Positions 55,843 to 64,000 of a stretch of 64,000 bases of DNA are shown here, in pieces. The notes beneath the pieces are model-generated. The model made no database searches and was not told where the DNA came from. It saw only the letters and a program-made list of their open reading frames with translations. The DNA is from the human T2T-CHM13v2.0 reference genome, Homo sapiens: NCBI RefSeq assembly GCF_009914755.1, contig NC_060926.1; one strand, written 5' to 3'. Made by a program: the position numbers and the translations under genes. Positions within the stretch are counted from its first letter, which is position 1, and each line of letters begins with the position of its first letter.

Positions 55843-57146
55843 CAGTGGCTATCAGGTTACTTCAGATACAAGGATGGAGCACCCAGGGGTTCTTCACAAA
55901 GATGGGGTGCCCAGCGGGTTGCCCCTCACTTTCCACAGCAGGAAGCCTGGCCCTGCATTGATGCGAGTCCCCTAGAGGTGCCCAGTTTCAGTTCCACCGA
56001 GGGAGGTGTGCCACCAGGGCCAAGTAATGCCATCACAGACATTGAGTTGGAGAGGGAAGACCCACCAGCTGCTCACAGTACAACTGCCAGGAGAGAGAGG
56101 GCTGGAGGGACGAAAGGAGATATTACATCTTACTCTATTTTATTTTGAATTGCTGGGATTTTAGCATTTAACAAATATTACTTTTTTGATAAAATAATTC
56201 ACAATTTATTTATATAAACAATTTTAACTTCAGATCTACTGCCTAGTAACCCCCTTGCAGGAAATTGATGTTTACTCTAACCAGTGACATGTTTTGCAGT
56301 GCTTTCTTAAGGTGAAATTCACATTTCAAACCCTTTAGAGCCTGTAGCACAACTGCTGACAAAAAGAACCCAACTGGCTCTTTTCTTGCCTTCTATCCTC
56401 TGTGACTGGCATCTGCTTCCACTTAGATTTGACACAGCACCATTGCTTCCCCAACTCATCCTCAAGAAACCCAGGGGAAGCAGTGCTAAGATTATGGGCT
56501 TATTGGAAAGCAATCTACCCTGATTATACCCTTAGCCAGGCTGACATTCAGCTATAAATACCCACGTTGCCAAATGGATTATAAAACACCGCTACAATTC
56601 TGTACTCATAGGTACCTTGCTGCAGCTTCTAAGCCCTCCAGATTCCTCCACCACCCGCCCTGCCCTCCCTATCCTCCCATGACCCAGCCACTGAAGGGAG
56701 AACAGGGCCCAGCAAGGATGGCTTTTAGGACAGCATCCGCCTGTTCTGACGGGTCAGCGCCCATGCCGGGCTGGTTGTTCGATAGTTTGAATAGCCCTCT
56801 GCCCATTTAACCTCCCTTTTCTTCTAATGTTCAGAGCTCTTTAGTCTCATACCTTTTCTCTCTTTCAACCACACCACTTCAAAGTGTTGAATAAATACCT
56901 AAATGTTTAGATGTAAATAAAAAAATGCAGAACTTCTTGTTTGAACCTCTCAGATAAGCTCTCCTTGGCTGTATTGCAAGGCCCAAAGCCTGCCCTGTGG
57001 AAAGTGGCATAGAGGGTGTGGCCTGGACCACAGGTGCCAGCACCTCAGCAGTGCAAGTGCCATCCTGTACTGAGGGAACATTGGTCTGGGCTTAGAGAAA
57101 CCTACTTGGCATCAGTTTTCCTTTGTACCTCTAAAGCAAGACCCCA

Positions 57147-58466
<1,320 letters not shown>

Positions 58467-58559
58467 TTAGCTTTGCTGCCTGCTCCTGGGAAGCAAGCAG
58501 CTGCTGCCACCATGCAGTGTGGGGTTTGGAGTCTGATGCCCCACTCTGAGAGCCAGTGC

Positions 58560-58750
58560 CAGGGCTTTGCAATCCTGCTGCCCCTCACTCTGTCACCCTA
58601 GACAGACCACTGAGCCTGGCTGCACTGCAATTCCTTATCTAGAGGTGGAAATCATCACAGCACCTACCTTGTAGGGTTGTAAAGATGAAACAAGGTAATG
58701 CATGCGATGCCCTTGGCACTGTGCCTGGCACAAGGGAAGGGCTCATAAAA
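58560..58750 (+). mobile_element. MIR
   Basis: atcacagcacctaccttgtagggttgtaaagatgaaa..cttggcactgtgcctggcaca. Confidence 0.7.
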
Positions 58751-58863
58751 GCCCTCAGCTCTAGCACATTATCATTTACATATGGAGGGAAGGTCTTTGA
58801 TCATATTTAAAACAAGTACTTGTATAATAAGAGTGGGCAAATTAGAGAAACAAAATGATTTTA

Positions 58864-59467
<604 letters not shown>

Positions 59468-60079
59468 GTGATTTACTCTATCAGTTATATGTGGATTCCG
59501 GCCCCCATTGCCTATTTCTAACATGAATTTGTGTGAAATTGTGGCTTTAAAATGAAATTTGGAGACACTCAAAAGTATACCTGGGCCAAGCCTAGTGTTG
59601 GCACAAGGTGGGGCTGAAGGCTCACCTCTGCGAGGTGCCAAAGCCTCAAGGACACCAGAAGCAGTGGCCATGTGTCCAGACCCCACCACCAAGGCCCTGG
59701 CCCACAAGGTCCTAGGGGGCAGCCATGGCTTTGGAGAGCCTTCCAGGTGCATCTGGTGAGTTCTACCTTCAACTACCATCAGCAGAAAGCACAGAGTCAG
59801 GGAGAAGTGAGCAGAGCATGGGAAGCAGGGAGTGAGGGAGGGGTGAGAGGAGACCTGGGGAAGGATGGGCTGAACCCCCCGGGCACTTTAGCTGTGTCAA
59901 GTCAGCAGCTTTGGCATAGAAAATGGGATGGTTGATGATTCCTGAGACAGCAAGATGTGTTCATAATAGGAAGGGGATTCAGCTCTGCTAAGGTGGCAAG
60001 GTAGGCAGTTTATGGGACATTCTCTCAGGTGGAGATGCCTGTACCCTGCACTGAGGCCTCCTCCCTATGCCCTCTCTCT

Positions 60080-60960
60080 GCTTGCCCACATCCAGTCCCA
60101 GGGCTTCAAATGCTGTCTGTAAGCTGGTGACACATTTGCGTAGGTCTGCTGAGTTCCAGCTTCCTATCTGCCCCTGGGGACCTGATATCTCCTCAGGGAC
60201 ATCTGAAAGGCAGCGCAACCTTGACATGGCCAAGTGAGAACTTCAGCCGCCCCGGCAAGTCCCCTGCAACTGTCTTCAGCAGCTCCGTCCCTATGCCCAG
60301 TAACTTAGGCCAGCATTCTCTGCCCTTCTTGAGCCCACTTCTCCTCACACCCTGTAAACGTCACCATTTCCAAACCCCTCACGCCCAGCCATTCCTACCA
60401 TTGCCAGGGGTGGGATGCAGCAGACCACCCTGCCCCTCCCCTGGGACCCTGCAGTGGCTCCTCACTAGCCTCCCACACCTGCCCTTGCCCCCATAGCTTC
60501 TCTGCACAGCAGCCAGAAGAGTCTTACAAAGTCAAATAAGCCACTCTCTTGTTTCACAAGCCTCCAGTGGCTTTCACTCTTGATAAACCCCCAAATCCTT
60601 GCCTACACGGTTCTGAGGCTTGCAGGACCAGCTTACCATCATCTCTGTGCCCCCTCCTTCTACGCTTTGATGCCCACTGGCTATGCAGAAGCCTGAGGAA
60701 GCCTCGCTGGCCTGGCCTGCCCTCCAACAAGCTGTGCACCAGCCTGTCCTGGCCTCTGCCTGAAATGCTGTCCTGGAGACCCCTCAGCCTGCCTCCTCCT
60801 TGCTCAAATCACACAATTATGAGGGGCCTTTCCACACTCAGAGTGAAGCAGCCCCCTTTGTCTCGGTCTATTTTCTCTTCTGCATGGCACTTAGCACCTG
60901 AAAGTGTCCGTTGTGTGTTTATCATCTGTTGAGCCCACTTCAGTGCAAGCTCTTAATGGC
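60080..60960 (+). mobile_element. L2 fragment
   Basis: cctatctgccc..gatatctcc..catctgaaaggcagcgcaaccttgacatggccaa; cagtggctcctcactag; ctgcacagcagccaga. Confidence 0.65.
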
Positions 60961-61441
60961 TGCCTGCAGTCTTGGCTGCTGCTCGCTTCTCCCTGCCCTC
61001 CCACTCACCACTAGGCCATGTTCCTCAGGGCAAGAGTTTACAATGCAGTGCATCCTGCCTGGCTCCTTCCCTGTCATCGGGGCTGATGCAGCCAGCTGGT
61101 CCAGAGCTCGGGAAGAGGATGTTTTGCAACACCACGCTCCATTTTGGTTTTGAACAAATTGCTATTGACTGCTGGATTTTTCTTTCCTCTTCAAATGAAA
61201 GATTCCATGTCCAGGTAGGCTGTTAAAACAGGCCTCCTATAAATCCCTTCCCCAGTGAGCTCAGGGCTGCCCTGGCCGGCTGTGTCAAGTGACAGGCCTG
61301 GAATGGAGAGAACCAGGGTCAGTGGTCAGATGGATCCTGCCGGCCCTGCCTGACTCTGGTCACTCATTCTCAGGCTGACACCAGAGCCTTGCCCTCTCCA
61401 GGCCCTGTGTGTCCTGCACCCTCACTCTCAGGGCTATGTAG

Positions 61442-61802
<361 letters not shown>

Positions 61803-62914
61803 TTTAAAAATTATATTTTACAATGATATTGGCATAAAGGCAAATATAATCTAGGCCGATTCATGATTACATACTCATTATATCTACTCATTTTTCTTCT
61901 GATTTTAAAAGAAATGAAAATGAAAGTCATATTCACAGGCCCCTAAAGCAAGTCTCATGGGTCCTGTGCTGTGCGCCAGAGCGAGAGTGGGTGAGAGTGG
62001 GCTCTGCTTCGCTCCCCTGCATGGCCCTGTATTGGGGGGATGGTACCTGAGACAAGGAGAAAACTTCTGTTTGACGGAATATGAAAAAAATCCAACTTGA
62101 GGGTACACTGAGGGGAGGGCCAGCCCAGCCCTGCTTTAAACTTCAGCAGCCTTCCTCCACCTGGGTCTCTTGAAACCCTCCCTCCCCTTGCACTGGCCAC
62201 CTGACATTTCACATTCAGACCGCTTTTCCTCCAGAGCAGGGTTCCTGGAAGCATGGTGCAGACCCACTTCGTGGAGGAGAGATGGTGAACTGCAAATTCT
62301 GAGTCCTACCCAGTTACGAATCTCCAGGACAGGTTCAGGGTTCTTCATCATTAATAAGCCCTCCTGGTAAGGCTTAGGGCCACTGAAGTTTGAGAAAAGC
62401 TCCCTGAAGTCTAAATACAAACATCACTTCATCCCCCACAAAGGACAGCCTTGATTAGGAGGTAGAAGCCAAGCAGGAGCAGATGGACTAGAGGGGCCAG
62501 CAAGGGCTGAGTGTCAGCTCCAGAACGTGCCTCTGAGCTGAGTGACAAGGAAACCCATACAGCCTCTCAGCGCTCCAGCTTCTTCAGCTAGAAATTGGGA
62601 ATAACAGCACCTACTTCACTGGGTTGGAAATCAATTGGGACCATGAATTTGTGTTTGGTAAGCTGTGAGAATGTTAGGTACTAGCTCTGCAGAAGTGGTC
62701 GTGGTCTTGGGGTTCTTGGCCTGCTGGGGTCCCTGATCCTTGTGCCCAGAGAGTCCATGAGATCAGGATAAAAGCACTCAACAGCTAGGAATGAAAGAAA
62801 ACTTCCTCAGGCCATTAAAGGGCATCTGCAAAGAGCCCACAGCTAACATCATGATTGAAAGCTCTCAATGAATGATTGATCGAATGATCGAAAGCTTTCC
62901 TCCTAAGATCACTC

Positions 62915-63140
62915 TGTTTTTGCTACTCTTACACTCAACACAATACTTCCAACACCACATGTGTGGGTTTTCCCCATACAGCAATTCTCCAGGGGACACC
63001 AGCTGGATATCCTATAATTTAACTCAGTTCTGACACTATCTACCTGGAGTTGGAGTCAGATCCCACAGGTTAAGGGCTCAGGCCCATAGGACTGCCCCCA
63101 CTTCAGACGCCAATCATAAGTAGTAGATTACCCACAACTA
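62915..63140. mobile_element. MER21-like ERVL LTR fragment
   Basis: gacaccagctggatatcctataatttaactcagttctgacactatctacctggagt..tcagatcccacaggttaagggctcag. Confidence 0.7.
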
Positions 63141-63149
63141 CATGGAGGT

Positions 63150-64000
<851 letters not shown>

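Overview
Primate (most likely human) intergenic DNA, dense in Alus (more than 50 full or partial copies by eye), with no intact protein-coding gene, RNA gene or CRISPR array that I can support. Almost all ORFs in the track are Alu, LTR or L1 read-throughs. Recognisable gene-derived pieces are a processed RPS21 pseudogene split by an Alu (14223-14886) and the last two exons of an unprocessed BMS1 pseudogene (16195-17069). These are followed by a GC-rich, internally inverted REP522-like element with a promoter-like centre and two decayed minus-strand exons of an unidentified charged protein; 15.2-22.8 kb looks like an inserted segmental-duplication cassette. Other repeats include an ERVL internal region, MER51 and MER4A solo LTRs with TSDs, MaLR LTRs, L1, L2, MIR and Tigger/hAT fossils. 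The most distinctive observations are structural: a ~1.27 kb inversion inside the ERVL pol, a ~114 bp micro-inversion with a templated junction insert in a Tigger4a/MST/Alu nest, and a TSD-flanked copy of a tandem-Alu junction 4 kb from its apparent source. Repeat family names come from recalled consensus sequences, not from a database search.
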